This document shows, piece by piece, positions 42,165 through 52,641 of a stretch of 64,000 bases of DNA (the stretch's first letter is position 1; every line of letters starts with the position of its first letter). Origin of the DNA: a bacterium (GTDB lineage Bacteria > SAR324 > XYD2-FULL-50-16); NCBI GenBank assembly GCA_032250835.1, contig JAVVEA010000001.1, forward strand, positions 352,001 to 416,000, read 5' to 3'. The position numbers and the translations under genes are program-made. The notes beneath the pieces were generated by a model. It ran no database searches. It was not told where the DNA came from and saw only the letters and a list, made by a program, of their open reading frames with translations.

Positions 42165-42656
42165 TCACTCCCAGCCCAGCGCTTGTCTGGAAATTTTTTC
42201 CAAGTGTTTTTGGTAGGCTGCCATTTCCGGGTCCCCTTCGGCGGGAGCCCAGGGAGCAAAGTCTTTATCGCTGATCTTAACGTAAGGCCCATGTTTGACT
42301 TCGTAATAAACGCTGCCGGGCTCAAAAGACAAGATGGCATGCCAAGTTCCCACCGGCACCTCGACCCCGTAATCTAACGAAGCAGGGTCCAGGGGAAAAA
42401 ACTGAACGGCTTCGCCGGAATCGTCGAAAAAGATCACCACACCGCGTCCTTTTAAGCACAAAAAAGCTTCGGCTTTGGGCGGGTCGAGATGGCGGTGCGG
42501 CTGGACGTAGGAGCCGGGCTCGATGGCGTTTAACATACGCTGAACCAAATCATCAGCCGATTGATGAAAATTGAAGTTGGTTCGGCCTCGGGGCGTTTCA
42601 GCTCCCTTCTTAGCGGTCGTTTCGAGTAGATTCCGGTTGATGGCGATGCCGGTCAT
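42165..42656 (-). CDS. WbuC family cupin metalloprotein
   Basis: PRGRTNFNFH, VQRMLNAIEPGSYVQPHRH, GTWH, EVKHGPY, FAPWAP. Confidence 0.9.
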   Translation of the reverse strand: MTGIAINRNLLETTAKKGAETPRGRTNFNFHQSADDLVQRMLNAIEPGSYVQPHRHLDPPKAEAFLCLKGRGVVIFFDDSGEAVQFFPLDPASLDYGVEVPVGTWHAILSFEPGSVYYEVKHGPYVKISDKDFAPWAPAEGDPEMAAYQKHLEKISRQALGWE

Positions 42657-42816
42657 AGGCTTGGCTTAATTGGTCAGTTAACAAACGGCGCCTGCGCGCT
42701 AAGGCAAGCGTTTCACGTAATTTTAAGGCCAACAGCAGAACCAACAGCAGCACCACCAAAACCAAAGCGCCCAGCGCGACTTCTTGGAGATGATCAAGTA
42801 GCCACTGGAGTTCCAT
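42610..42816 (-). CDS. Small single-TM membrane protein
   Basis: One hydrophobic helix followed by a basic patch; start abuts the receiver gene stop. Confidence 0.45.
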   Translation of the reverse strand: MELQWLLDHLQEVALGALVLVVLLLVLLLALKLRETLALARRRRLLTDQLSQAYDRHRHQPESTRNDR

Positions 42817-43202
42817 CAGCTGGCCTGGGGGCGGTAGGACTCAATGAATCCTTTGAGTTGGTCTAAGTCATAAGGCTTGATCAAAACACCCGTCGCCCCA
42901 GCATTAAGGTAAGCTTCGGTTTTGTCTTGGGCGGTGGACATCAAGACCGGCAGGTTTTGGTATTCTGCTAGGCTACGCAGCTTACGTAGCAACCCCAAGC
43001 CATCACTAAAGGGCAGGTTGACGTCTAAAATCACCAAATCCACGCGGCTGCTGGCCCGCAGTAGGGCGTAGGCCTCAAAGGCATCGTGGCACAGCAGCGT
43101 TTCAACCCCGCCGATCTTGGATAACACCTTGGCAATCAATTTGATTTGCGGTTGGCTGTCTTCAACTAGCAATATCTTCAAATGAGTTTTAAATAGGCTC
43201 AT
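42816..43202 (-). CDS. Single-domain response regulator (CheY-like receiver)
   Basis: ILLVED, LVILDVNLP..DG, MST, IKP; RBS AAGGAG. Confidence 0.92.
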   Translation of the reverse strand: MSLFKTHLKILLVEDSQPQIKLIAKVLSKIGGVETLLCHDAFEAYALLRASSRVDLVILDVNLPFSDGLGLLRKLRSLAEYQNLPVLMSTAQDKTEAYLNAGATGVLIKPYDLDQLKGFIESYRPQAS

Positions 43203-43334
43203 GTAGTGTTCTCCTTAGGTGACTCAAAATCTAGCGCCTCTGGGTCTGTTTTGCCAAGTCTTAGCTGCGCTTGGCCAGTTTACAATCGAAGGCATCCATC
43301 GTATTGTGGTAGGAGCACCCCTGTTAGGAGTTGA

Positions 43335-44195
43335 GTGAATCCACAGACCCTTTTTAGTTTCGGATTGGAGCCAGTTAGCGACCCATCCCTATGGGCTACC
43401 CTCTTTTTGCTATTCGGCCTCTTTGTGCTGCATGTGCTGATCCAAAAGCTTTTGGCTCCGCGTTTTGCAGACTTGCACACCCGTTATTTGGTGGTCAAAA
43501 GCAGTTCGACGCTGCTGCTCTTTTTGACTATCTTCTTTTTTGCCAAGTTGTGGTTCAACAACTTTGTCAGCCTCGCCACCTTCATGACCATGATCTCCGT
43601 AGGCTTGGTGATCGTGCTCAAAGAGGTGTTGCTCAATTTTTTCGCCTCCATTGTGATCCTCTGGCGCAGCCCCTTTAAGCTGCGCGACCGCATCCAGATC
43701 GGCGAAATCACCGGCGACGTAGTGGATTTAGGGCTCTTTTACTTTACGGTCTTAGAAGTCGGCAACTGGATCAAGGCGGACCAATCGACAGGCCGCACCC
43801 TCAAGGTGCCCAATGCGCTGGTCTTAACCCAGCCGATTGCTAATTTTAGCCGTGGCCTGCAAAGCATTTGGAACGAGATCCCGGTGCGTTTTGCCGCCGG
43901 GACGGACTGGGAAGCAGCCAAAGCGGTGATGCTTAAAACCGGCACCCGCGAGTCCCTAAAAGCCATCGACCATGCAAAACAGGCCATGAAGCGCGCTGAA
44001 AGTGAGATCATTTATACCTGCTTGACACCCACCATATACACCCGGTTTGATGATGAGGGCATCACCCTCACCCTTCGGTATTTGTGCAATCCTAGGCAAC
44101 GTAGAGATAGCGAGCACCATATATTTGAAGAGCTTCTTCACGAATTTATAGGGCACAAGAAGATTATTTTGATGTTAGACAAAAAAAAGGCTTGA
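43335..44195 (+). CDS. mscS: Small-conductance mechanosensitive channel (MscS family)
   Basis: Three TM segments, PFKLRDRIQIG..TGDV.D, VPN, PIANFS. Confidence 0.88.
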   Translation: MNPQTLFSFGLEPVSDPSLWATLFLLFGLFVLHVLIQKLLAPRFADLHTRYLVVKSSSTLLLFLTIFFFAKLWFNNFVSLATFMTMISVGLVIVLKEVLLNFFASIVILWRSPFKLRDRIQIGEITGDVVDLGLFYFTVLEVGNWIKADQSTGRTLKVPNALVLTQPIANFSRGLQSIWNEIPVRFAAGTDWEAAKAVMLKTGTRESLKAIDHAKQAMKRAESEIIYTCLTPTIYTRFDDEGITLTLRYLCNPRQRRDSEHHIFEELLHEFIGHKKIILMLDKKKA

Positions 44196-44288
44196 TTAAG
44201 TCCTTTTAAGCCTCCATCATCTCTTATTCTTTCTTGCTACACCGCCTTCTGCGGTGCCGTTCCTGAAACCCCGGTCGGGAGCCGTGTC
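44192..44288 (+). promoter_or_regulatory. Putative promoter and structured 5' leader of the polyamine operon
   Basis: TTGATT-17-CATCAT; hairpins CACCGC/GCGGTG (44240-44256) and TTCCTGA/TCGGGAG (44260-44281), the second covering the GGGAG RBS. Confidence 0.4.
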
Positions 44289-45581
44289 TTGAGACAAGTC
44301 ATCCATATCATTGCGGAATATATCGGCTGTAAAGCCAACCACGAGCTTTTCACCAATCTCGATGCGTTGATGGCAACGCTTCGCGAGGAAGTCCGCAAAG
44401 CTGGTTTAGAAACAGTTGCCGAAGCTGGTTATTCCTTCGGTGAAGGCTGCGGGGTTACGGGCAGTATTGTACTGGCCGAATCTCACATGAATATCCACAC
44501 CTGGCCTGAGCGGGATTTTTATTGCAACATCGATATTTCGGTCTGCAATTATTCCTGCGACAACTTTCCTAAAGCCCTCGATTTGGCGAATGCGCTCAAG
44601 ACGGTTTTCAAGCCCCTGGACGTTAACGAAAAAATCATTAAAGGCTACCGCGACTTTGAAGACGACAAGTACACCGAGTACTTCTCCTCTGACAGCGGAT
44701 TCTTCATCAAGCCCAATCAGGTGCTGTACCGCAGCGCTGATGAGCTCCAGCAGGTTGAAGTATACGACACCAAAGACTTCGGTCGGGTGCTGCGCATCGA
44801 CAACTTCTTCCAGACCTCTGAACGTGACGAGGCCTTCTACCATGAGCCCCTGATCCACCCGGCCATGATCGCGCACCCCAACCCTGAAAAGGTGTTGATC
44901 ATTGGTGCTGGCGACGGCGGCGTGTTGCACAACGTGCTCAAGCACAAGTGCGTTAAAAAAGCGGTGATGGTCGAAATCTCTGACATGGTCATTGAAGTCT
45001 CTAAGAAGTACCTGCCGATGGTACACAAAGGTGCTTTCGAAGACCCACGTGCTCAGGTGATCATCCAAGACGGCTTGGAATACATCGCCGGGACCGACGA
45101 AAAGTTCGACGTGATCTTGCTAGACCTGACCGACCCGATCGGTCCGGCCCGCGCACTCTATACCAACGCATTTTATGCCAAGGTAAAGAGCGCTTTAAAA
45201 GATCAAGACGGCATTTTGGCTTTACATACCGAGTATCCCTTTTACCACCCTAAGGTATACGGACGTATCAATCAGACCCTGCGGTCTTTGTTTAAGAAAG
45301 TCACCAATGGCTTCAACTTCGTACCCATCTACGGTACGATCATGGGCTTTGGCTACTGTTCTGACCGCACGGACCCCAAAGCACTCAGCCCCGCGGAAGT
45401 ACAAAACCGCTTGGTCGAGCGCGGTGTGACCGACCTCAAGCTGTACAACAGTGAGATGCACTTTAGCTTCTTAGCCGAACCTGCTTATGTGAAGCAGATT
45501 TTGTCTCAAGAACATGAAGTGATCACCCCGGCCAAAGGGTTGGACGAATTCATGCAAACGTATAACGTTGCACGAGATTAA
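44289..45581 (+). CDS. speE: S-adenosylmethionine decarboxylase - aminopropyltransferase (SpeD-SpeE) fusion
   Basis: N-terminal about 120 aa with GVTG..VLAESH.NIHTWPE; C-terminal FGRVLRID..FQTSERDE..YHE, VLIIGAGDGG, FDVILLDLTDP; TTG start. Confidence 0.93.
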   Translation: MRQVIHIIAEYIGCKANHELFTNLDALMATLREEVRKAGLETVAEAGYSFGEGCGVTGSIVLAESHMNIHTWPERDFYCNIDISVCNYSCDNFPKALDLANALKTVFKPLDVNEKIIKGYRDFEDDKYTEYFSSDSGFFIKPNQVLYRSADELQQVEVYDTKDFGRVLRIDNFFQTSERDEAFYHEPLIHPAMIAHPNPEKVLIIGAGDGGVLHNVLKHKCVKKAVMVEISDMVIEVSKKYLPMVHKGAFEDPRAQVIIQDGLEYIAGTDEKFDVILLDLTDPIGPARALYTNAFYAKVKSALKDQDGILALHTEYPFYHPKVYGRINQTLRSLFKKVTNGFNFVPIYGTIMGFGYCSDRTDPKALSPAEVQNRLVERGVTDLKLYNSEMHFSFLAEPAYVKQILSQEHEVITPAKGLDEFMQTYNVARD

Positions 45582-45599
45582 CGGCACTCTTACCTGAGG

Positions 45600-45977
45600 T
45601 TGAGCATGAGCCAAGCAAACAACCCCGAGCCCTGGGGCTGGTCTACCTCGGTGGACCTGTATGGGTGCGATCCCGAAGCGATTCGTTCGGAAGTAAAAAT
45701 CAAAGAGTACGTCAAGCAATTGGTGGCGTTGCTCCAGATGAAAGCTTTCGGCGAAACACAGGTAGTGCATTTCGGCGAAGATGAGAAGGTTGAAGGCTTT
45801 TCGATGACCCAACTGATCGAAACCAGCCTGATTTCCGGTCATTTTGCCAACGCCAGCAACGCGGCCTATTTGGATATCTTCTCCTGCAAGGCCTATGATG
45901 CAGAAGAAGCCGCCAAATTCTCTAAAGAGTTTTTTGGTGCCAAAGAAGTCAGCATGCAAATGTTAGTGCGGCGCTAG
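45600..45977 (+). CDS. Second, divergent AdoMetDC-fold pyruvoyl-dependent decarboxylase proenzyme
   Basis: VDLYGCD, VVHFG, GFSMTQLIETSLISGHF, YLDIFSCK; start TTG 45600 or ATG 45606. Confidence 0.85.
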   Translation: MSMSQANNPEPWGWSTSVDLYGCDPEAIRSEVKIKEYVKQLVALLQMKAFGETQVVHFGEDEKVEGFSMTQLIETSLISGHFANASNAAYLDIFSCKAYDAEEAAKFSKEFFGAKEVSMQMLVRR

Positions 45978-45984
45978 TCGTCAA

Positions 45985-46024
45985 CCGGTCGAGGGCTTGC
46001 CCCTTGACCGGCCCCCGCCTTTTT
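45985..46024 (+). terminator. Hairpin closing the polyamine operon
   Basis: CCGGTCGAGGG-CTTGC-CCCTTGACCGG; T run a few bases downstream. Confidence 0.6.
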
Positions 46025-46149
46025 CCGAACTCCCCGCAATTTCCCCCTTTAGCTTAAACAGCGCGCCCATCTACCGTTGCGAAAGCCATAAAAATCGCGC
46101 ATATTGATAACCAAGACTTAAAGGATGTGTTCACCTGCCTAGGAACTCC

Positions 46150-48459
46150 ATGCAGCCATTGCAGCTAAACCGGTTTTATCTCTGGAAGATCTTTTTCTTG
46201 ATCTTCTTGCCGGTAATGGGTTTCATGGCCATTTTGCTTGGGTTGTTTGATCGACATCACCTCCACGAGACTGAAACCCGCCTGATCCAGCGGATCGAAC
46301 AACACCACCACCTCCAACAACAACAGATCGAACGTCATATTGGCCAGCTGCTGTCGGATTTTTATTACCTCAGTCAAGACCTAGACCTCTTCAACCACCT
46401 AGTCAAAGGTAGCCCGCCCGACAAGGATCAGGTTAAACGCTTGATGTCCTTTATCATGTCGCGGGAGAATGTCGACCAATACCGATTTGTTTTGCTAGAC
46501 GGACGTGAGGCCTTCCGCATCAATCAACCCCAAGTGGGTCTGCCGGTTTTGGTCCCCCCGGAAAAGCTTCAAAACAAATCCAGGCGTTACTATTTTGTTA
46601 ATGCAAAGGATTTAGACCCAATGCATTACTACATCTCCCCCTTAGACCTCAACATAGAACACGGGGAGTTGGAGTACCCCTTCAAACCCATGCTGCGCGT
46701 GGCTATGCCTGTTTATAGCCACCAAAAAATCGGCGTGTTGATCGTCAACTATCTGGGTGCCAAACTGCTTGAAGACATCCGCCGGACCACCTACCTAGAC
46801 GGTGGCCAATTGATGATCACCAACGAACAGGGCTATTACCTTTTACATCCAAACGAGGAGATGGAATGGGGTTTTATGATGCCCCAACGCAAAGATTCAT
46901 CTTTCGGCCAGCAGTTCCCTCGTAGTTGGGCCGAGATCCAGGCGCGAAACAACGGCTACTTCCACAACCACGAAGGCCTCTTCGTTTTTGATAAAATCGA
47001 CCTAACCCGGTTGATCATCAGCAACCTTCCGATGAGGCCCTCTAACCAAAACCTACCGAAATGGACGGTAATTAGCCAAATTTCCCAAGCGGCCATCCTC
47101 AGCGAACATTACCAGCAAATGCTGGGCATCTACTATAGCTACGCCGCACTTACGTCACTCTTGGCGGTTTTCTGCTTTTACTTTGCCTGGCATCAGCAAA
47201 AATTAAAGGCCTCTCAACTGCTCAACAAAGAACAAACGGTCACGCTAAAAAAGCGGATCAACGAACTGAATTGTCTATATGACGTGACCCACTTGACCGA
47301 GTCCGAAGAATCGAGCTTTGAAGAGATGATGCAGCGCCTAGTCAACCAAATCCCTCAGGCCTGGGAATACCCTGAATACTGCTCAGCTCGTCTGGTCATA
47401 GGTGCTGACATTTGGCGAACGCCCAACTATAAAGAACCAGAAATGAGCCAGAAAGAGGAGATCTTCAACGATGGGGTTCGGCTCGGTTTTCTGGAAGTAG
47501 GCTATAGCCTCAACACGGGCCGAAAGAGGTTTTTAGACGAAGAGCTGTCTTTGTTGCAAGCCTTAGCGCTCAGGGTCCGCAAGGTATACCAATACCAATC
47601 GGCGCGCGAAATGATCCAAAGCCACCAAGAGCAACTAGAACGCCAAGTATCCCAAAGAACCAGCGAGTTGGCAGAGGCCAATAGCCGTCTGATCCACGAA
47701 GTGGCCGAAAAACAGCGGCTGACCGAGGTCTTAGCCGAAGCGAAGCAACATGCCGAAGAAGCTACCGAGATGAAGACCACCTTCTTGTCCCTGGTGGCCC
47801 ATGACCTAAAATCCCCCTTCTTCTCTATCTTGGGCATCTTGCGGCGCATCTTGCGCAAGGAAGCCAACCTAGACCCCAAGCACCGCAACCTACTCGAAAG
47901 CTCTATTCTCTCAGGCCAGCGGCTGCTGGATATGATTGATAAATTAATCAATATCAATAAAATCCAAACCGGCGGCATCCAGCCAGATTACCAGGAGATT
48001 CTGCCCCATGACATGGTCGGTGAAATTCTCGACCAGTTTGCCGATGCAGCGGATCAAAAGGGGATCAGCTTGGTCAATGACCTCGCGCCTAAAATGGTGG
48101 TAGAAACCGATCCTTTTTTGCTTGGTGAGGTGCTCAGCAATTTGATTTCCAATGCCATCAAGTTTTGCAGCACCGGTGATCAAATCCGGGTCTACCGCGA
48201 AGGCACCAAGGGCCTTAAGTTGGTGGTTGCGGACACGGGCCTCGGGATTGAGCCGCAGGTGATGCAAATGCTCTTTAAGGAACAATTCTCGACGACGACC
48301 ACCGGTACTTTAGGGGAAAAGGGCACTGGTTTGGGCCTGCCCTACAGTGCCGACATCATGCGCCTGTTGGGCGGTGAAATCTCTGTGGAATCCGAAATCA
48401 ATCAAGGCAGTCAATTCATTTTGTCCTTGCCTAGCCACCGCCTGCGACCTTCAATTTAG
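46150..48459 (+). CDS. Membrane sensor histidine kinase with periplasmic Cache-like domain
   Basis: Two TM segments around LQNKSRRYYF...SPLDLNIEHG...KPMLR; H-box AHDLKSP; NLISNAIKF, DTGLGI, GEKGTGLGL. Confidence 0.93.
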   Translation: MQPLQLNRFYLWKIFFLIFLPVMGFMAILLGLFDRHHLHETETRLIQRIEQHHHLQQQQIERHIGQLLSDFYYLSQDLDLFNHLVKGSPPDKDQVKRLMSFIMSRENVDQYRFVLLDGREAFRINQPQVGLPVLVPPEKLQNKSRRYYFVNAKDLDPMHYYISPLDLNIEHGELEYPFKPMLRVAMPVYSHQKIGVLIVNYLGAKLLEDIRRTTYLDGGQLMITNEQGYYLLHPNEEMEWGFMMPQRKDSSFGQQFPRSWAEIQARNNGYFHNHEGLFVFDKIDLTRLIISNLPMRPSNQNLPKWTVISQISQAAILSEHYQQMLGIYYSYAALTSLLAVFCFYFAWHQQKLKASQLLNKEQTVTLKKRINELNCLYDVTHLTESEESSFEEMMQRLVNQIPQAWEYPEYCSARLVIGADIWRTPNYKEPEMSQKEEIFNDGVRLGFLEVGYSLNTGRKRFLDEELSLLQALALRVRKVYQYQSAREMIQSHQEQLERQVSQRTSELAEANSRLIHEVAEKQRLTEVLAEAKQHAEEATEMKTTFLSLVAHDLKSPFFSILGILRRILRKEANLDPKHRNLLESSILSGQRLLDMIDKLININKIQTGGIQPDYQEILPHDMVGEILDQFADAADQKGISLVNDLAPKMVVETDPFLLGEVLSNLISNAIKFCSTGDQIRVYREGTKGLKLVVADTGLGIEPQVMQMLFKEQFSTTTTGTLGEKGTGLGLPYSADIMRLLGGEISVESEINQGSQFILSLPSHRLRPSI

Positions 48460-48467
48460 TCCTTGAA

Positions 48468-50393
48468 ATGAGCGCAAGAGAACTACAAAAAAGTGTTGAT
48501 CAATTCATCCGCTCACAACGACGCAAGCGGATCCAGCCGGCCGAACGGGACCTGCCTTTAACCCGACTGATTGAGGAAACGGGCCCTCTCGACCCGGATT
48601 GGGTGGAGCAGATTTCTCAATCCAAGGGGGTGGCGCCCAACCAATTCCAGCCGGGCAAGCAGGCCTTTGTCGAGGCGATCAAACGCCTCAACGGGCTCAA
48701 CGCAGCCAAACGCCTCTTTGTGCTCGAAACGATCAACCTGCTAGGTAGTCCTGATGCGATAGACAACTTGGTCACTTCCTTGTTTAACGGGAAAGCCGAA
48801 GAGCGCCGCCGCCTAGCCATGAGCTTCATCCTTTCCTTCCGGGGAACCGACCGGGTCACCGACCTATTGGTTAAGGCCAAACATCTCTTCAACGCCAAAA
48901 CCATTGACTCCCAAACTCATGGATTGGTGTCTTTCCGTTTTGAGATGGCCGAAAAGCTGATTTTGTTTTTCAGAAAGTCTTATGTGCTCGCAAGGGCCAA
49001 AGAGCTAGGCATGGACCCAGAGCTCAGCTTGGACCTACTACGAGGCATTTTAAAAGACGGCGACCTAGTCAACCTATCGAAGTTTTTGATCATTGATGAG
49101 GAGTTAAAAGAACGGTTGCCCGAAGTGATCAGTGCCATCCAATCGCACCGGATGTTGCCCATCTACGCCAAGAAGCGTTACGATTTTTTACGGGACTTTT
49201 TTGTTCATCTTTCGGAGCCAGGGAAGTTTCTGGGCGTAGATGGCTCGGACGTCTCGCGGATCTGCGCCGCCTTTTTGTGGACCAACCGGCAGTTGATCCC
49301 CCCGCAAAACTTGGTGGCCGCCATGTTAAAGACCGCCGAATATTCCCTCCCCGCTACCCGCACGCAGCTGATGAACTTCTTAGAGCAATTGGCCCCGTCG
49401 ACGGTGGATGCCTTGATCAAGGATCTTAAGGACATCTTTAAAGCGCTCATGAAAGAGCCCTATGCCGACCTAGGCGCGCTATTCGCTTCGGCCAAGTCCA
49501 AATACGACCAAGGCGAAGAAGACTTAAGCCTCTTTGGACAGGTCTATGCGGGTCTGATGGATATGAAAGCCAAGGGCTGGTTAGCCATCAAAGGAGTCGA
49601 AGAGTTTTTCGAAAAGGTGCGTCATGACCTAGGTGCCGGTGCGAACCCCCAACAGTCCCTTGACGACATCTTCAACGCCGCCCCAGACGTGGACAACGTC
49701 GAACCGCCGATGATGATCGAAAAACACTCTGAGTTCAACCGGCTGTTCCGCAAATTGCGGCCGGTCAACACCACCGTTGATGGTTTCAGAGGGCCCCGCG
49801 AAGGCGCGGGTAAACGGGCTGCCCAAGCGAATCTGCGGGTCTTTGAAAGCCAAGAAAACATGACCCAATTTAAAGAAGGCATGGAGGTCATGTTGGAGTA
49901 TTTCAGTAAAAACTGCTCGGCAATCCACGCTTATGAATTCAAGCCGCCCAAATTTCCTCGGCAGGTAATGGAGCAGCTAGGAAGCTTTCTGGCCATGGAC
50001 GAGGATGAGGAACCCCTGTTGTTGTGCTTCGGCATCACCTACTTCGAAGCCGACGGCGCGGGAGGGAGCGGAGAGATAGAGGACCTGATCACCCGGCATA
50101 TGCTGCCCTACTTCTTCACTATGGTCAGCAGCAACTTCAACACGGTGCTCCACGCCCGTAGCCGCAAGATCGATACTGATTTTAGCAATGAAGATGAGGA
50201 AGATGGAGCCTATGAAGCCAATCTGGGCATGCTGGAGTTTAAGGCCGCTGACCTGACCTACGCCGAATACTTCCGCTCCGCAGCCCAGCATTTACTAGCA
50301 CTCTTCCATGGCCTGCCTGAGCCCGCATGGCGTTCTGCCGAGGTTCAAGGTTCGGTGGCCTTTTTGTTCGACAAACTCAAGATTGCTTACTAA
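48468..50393 (+). CDS. Large cytoplasmic hypothetical protein
   Basis: 641-aa ORF 8 bp after the kinase gene; helical, no motif recognised. Confidence 0.8.
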   Translation: MSARELQKSVDQFIRSQRRKRIQPAERDLPLTRLIEETGPLDPDWVEQISQSKGVAPNQFQPGKQAFVEAIKRLNGLNAAKRLFVLETINLLGSPDAIDNLVTSLFNGKAEERRRLAMSFILSFRGTDRVTDLLVKAKHLFNAKTIDSQTHGLVSFRFEMAEKLILFFRKSYVLARAKELGMDPELSLDLLRGILKDGDLVNLSKFLIIDEELKERLPEVISAIQSHRMLPIYAKKRYDFLRDFFVHLSEPGKFLGVDGSDVSRICAAFLWTNRQLIPPQNLVAAMLKTAEYSLPATRTQLMNFLEQLAPSTVDALIKDLKDIFKALMKEPYADLGALFASAKSKYDQGEEDLSLFGQVYAGLMDMKAKGWLAIKGVEEFFEKVRHDLGAGANPQQSLDDIFNAAPDVDNVEPPMMIEKHSEFNRLFRKLRPVNTTVDGFRGPREGAGKRAAQANLRVFESQENMTQFKEGMEVMLEYFSKNCSAIHAYEFKPPKFPRQVMEQLGSFLAMDEDEEPLLLCFGITYFEADGAGGSGEIEDLITRHMLPYFFTMVSSNFNTVLHARSRKIDTDFSNEDEEDGAYEANLGMLEFKAADLTYAEYFRSAAQHLLALFHGLPEPAWRSAEVQGSVAFLFDKLKIAY

Positions 50394-52509
50394 GCGACGC
50401 TCCCCCTACGATCCGCGCCACCTGATCCACCAACACACGCAGCGCTTCGGCTTGGCTTTCCAATTGCGTTGCTGCTGCCGAAGACTGTTCCGCAGCGGCG
50501 GCGTTGCTCTGGGTCACCTCGTCTAACTGCCCCAAGGCCAGATTGATTTGCCCTAAGCCGGTGGATTGCTCGTCCGAAGCTTGATAGATTGCTTCGACTT
50601 GGCGGTTCATATCCTCTATCCCTTGGTCTTCTTCACGCGATAACACCTCAAGCTCGCCCATTTGATGCGCCAAGGCTTGAGTTTGCGCAAGAATTTCTTG
50701 CAGCGCTTCCGCCCCCTTTTGAGCCAGTTGATCTCCCTGTACCGCCGCAGCGGCATTTTTTGTTATTAGTTGGCCGATTTCTTTAGCTGAGGATTTGGAG
50801 GTTTCCGCTAGACGAGATACCTCGTCGGCCACCACCGCAAAGCCTTTGCCTACCTCCCCAGCCCGTGCGGCTTCAATCGCAGCATTGGTGGCCAACATTT
50901 TGGTTTGCTGGGTGATCTCATGGATCAAAGCCAATACCTCTTTGATTTCTTCGCTGCCCTGGCGGATTTGCCCCATAGATTGGACAATAGAGCGCATCTC
51001 TTGTTCCCCCTTCTCGGCAGATTGGCTAGCCTGCTTTGCCGCACTAGCGGCTTCACCAGCCATTACCAGGGTACGGCGGACTCTGATAGCCGCTTGAGAC
51101 ATCCCCTCGGCGGTGCGCCCGGAGCGTTGCGCATTGCTTTGGGCTTGCTGCGAGAGTTCCTCAAGGGTGCTGGCGGTTTGCTCTAGACTGGCGGCTTGTT
51201 CGGTCGCACCAGCCGAAAGACTGCTGGAGGTGCGCGCGATTTCTGAGGAAGCCCCGGAAACCTCCTGGGCCGCCCGGCTTAAGTCCTGAACCAACTGTTC
51301 CAGTAGGTTGGTAATGGTTTTGCCCTGCGAGAGTCCGACCCACAAAGTTACCAAAACCACTAATCCAGCAACTCCATAAACCCATAAGATGGCGCTTTGC
51401 ATCTGCTCGGCATAACCCAAAAGATCCCGCCCCAATTGGTCTTCAACCTTCTTGAGTAGGTTGATTTTTAGGGTCATTTGCTCGAACCAATAGGTTGCTT
51501 CGAAGGTGAAATTAGGTTGCGCCAAAGGCACCAGGGTCAAACTCCAAGCCGCTCGGTCCTTGACTGCTCGGTCCTTCAAGACACCGATCTGGTGCCAGCG
51601 GGCCTCATCTTCTGCCATCAACATTGGCGGTTGAACCCCCTGGATTTGCTGAAAAAAGGGCCCCCAGGGCTCTGATCCAGCAGGTAGAGCCGCCAATAGG
51701 CCTTCAAAAAACCTAGCTTTTTGGGTTTGTCCTAGCGCATCGGCTTCAATCTGTTGCACTAAATCCACCGCGGGACCAACAATCATTTCTTTGGCCCTTT
51801 GGCCATTGTTACGGGTTGCTAGCGCCAGATACTCCTGCCAATAAGCTTCGTGTTTGGAACGCAAATTTAAATATCGTTCGTATAAACCCGGAGCAAAGGC
51901 ACCGCGTGCCAGGGTATTGCTCAAGACCGCCCGCATCACCCCGGCCTGTTCCTTGTGTTGCAAAAAGGCCGCATAGGCGGCGAGCCGCCGGGCCATCTCG
52001 GCATCCGGCGTTTTCTGGATCGCCGTTTCAACGGCTCCAATCAAATCGGCGATGATCCCGCTGTAATAGCCCAACGCTTGCCCAATCGGCAGCTTTAGCT
52101 GGCTGATCTCTTGCCTAGTTCGCGTTAGCGCCGCTAAGCTGGCCAAAGCCGCCTGAGTTTTTCCAGTAAAGGCATCACCGCCCATGGCTTGATCAAAGTC
52201 TTCCCAAAATTGCTGCAATGCCCTCAGGCGTTCGTCGGTCAGCTTTCTTTGCTCGCCTAGAGCTTTTCCAAAGTCTTTCCCGCCGGAACCCAGGTACCCG
52301 GCGCTCATGCCCCGCTCCTTTTGGAGCTCATGGACCAGCGCGCTGGAGACGGTAGAAAAAACGGTCAGCCCTCGGACTTGCTCAATTTGGCCAGAAAGTT
52401 GGTATTGACGGCTCAACTCGACGGCGGCAAACCCCATCAAACCGATCAACGGGAGGGACACCATCCAAATCAGCCGCATCCGAACGGTCATCTCATTAAC
52501 TTTAAACAT
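50377..52509 (-). CDS. Methyl-accepting chemotaxis protein with NIT (nitrate/nitrite-sensing) domain
   Basis: Likely start ATG 52509; [13 protein letters not shown] and KEQAG..RA NIT motifs, TM, hairpin [30 protein letters not shown]. Confidence 0.92.
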   Translation of the reverse strand: MFKVNEMTVRMRLIWMVSLPLIGLMGFAAVELSRQYQLSGQIEQVRGLTVFSTVSSALVHELQKERGMSAGYLGSGGKDFGKALGEQRKLTDERLRALQQFWEDFDQAMGGDAFTGKTQAALASLAALTRTRQEISQLKLPIGQALGYYSGIIADLIGAVETAIQKTPDAEMARRLAAYAAFLQHKEQAGVMRAVLSNTLARGAFAPGLYERYLNLRSKHEAYWQEYLALATRNNGQRAKEMIVGPAVDLVQQIEADALGQTQKARFFEGLLAALPAGSEPWGPFFQQIQGVQPPMLMAEDEARWHQIGVLKDRAVKDRAAWSLTLVPLAQPNFTFEATYWFEQMTLKINLLKKVEDQLGRDLLGYAEQMQSAILWVYGVAGLVVLVTLWVGLSQGKTITNLLEQLVQDLSRAAQEVSGASSEIARTSSSLSAGATEQAASLEQTASTLEELSQQAQSNAQRSGRTAEGMSQAAIRVRRTLVMAGEAASAAKQASQSAEKGEQEMRSIVQSMGQIRQGSEEIKEVLALIHEITQQTKMLATNAAIEAARAGEVGKGFAVVADEVSRLAETSKSSAKEIGQLITKNAAAAVQGDQLAQKGAEALQEILAQTQALAHQMGELEVLSREEDQGIEDMNRQVEAIYQASDEQSTGLGQINLALGQLDEVTQSNAAAAEQSSAAATQLESQAEALRVLVDQVARIVGGASLSKQS

Positions 52510-52641
52510 AAGGTACCGCTGGGCTGTGGTTGGTTCGGCATCTTCCCTGATTCGAGCCCGAAGCAGCAAATCGCCTCAAGACCTTACGGGGCCGGTTGGA
52601 ATCCAAAAATTCCGGTGCATAGGGCCTAAGCGGGCGCTCCA

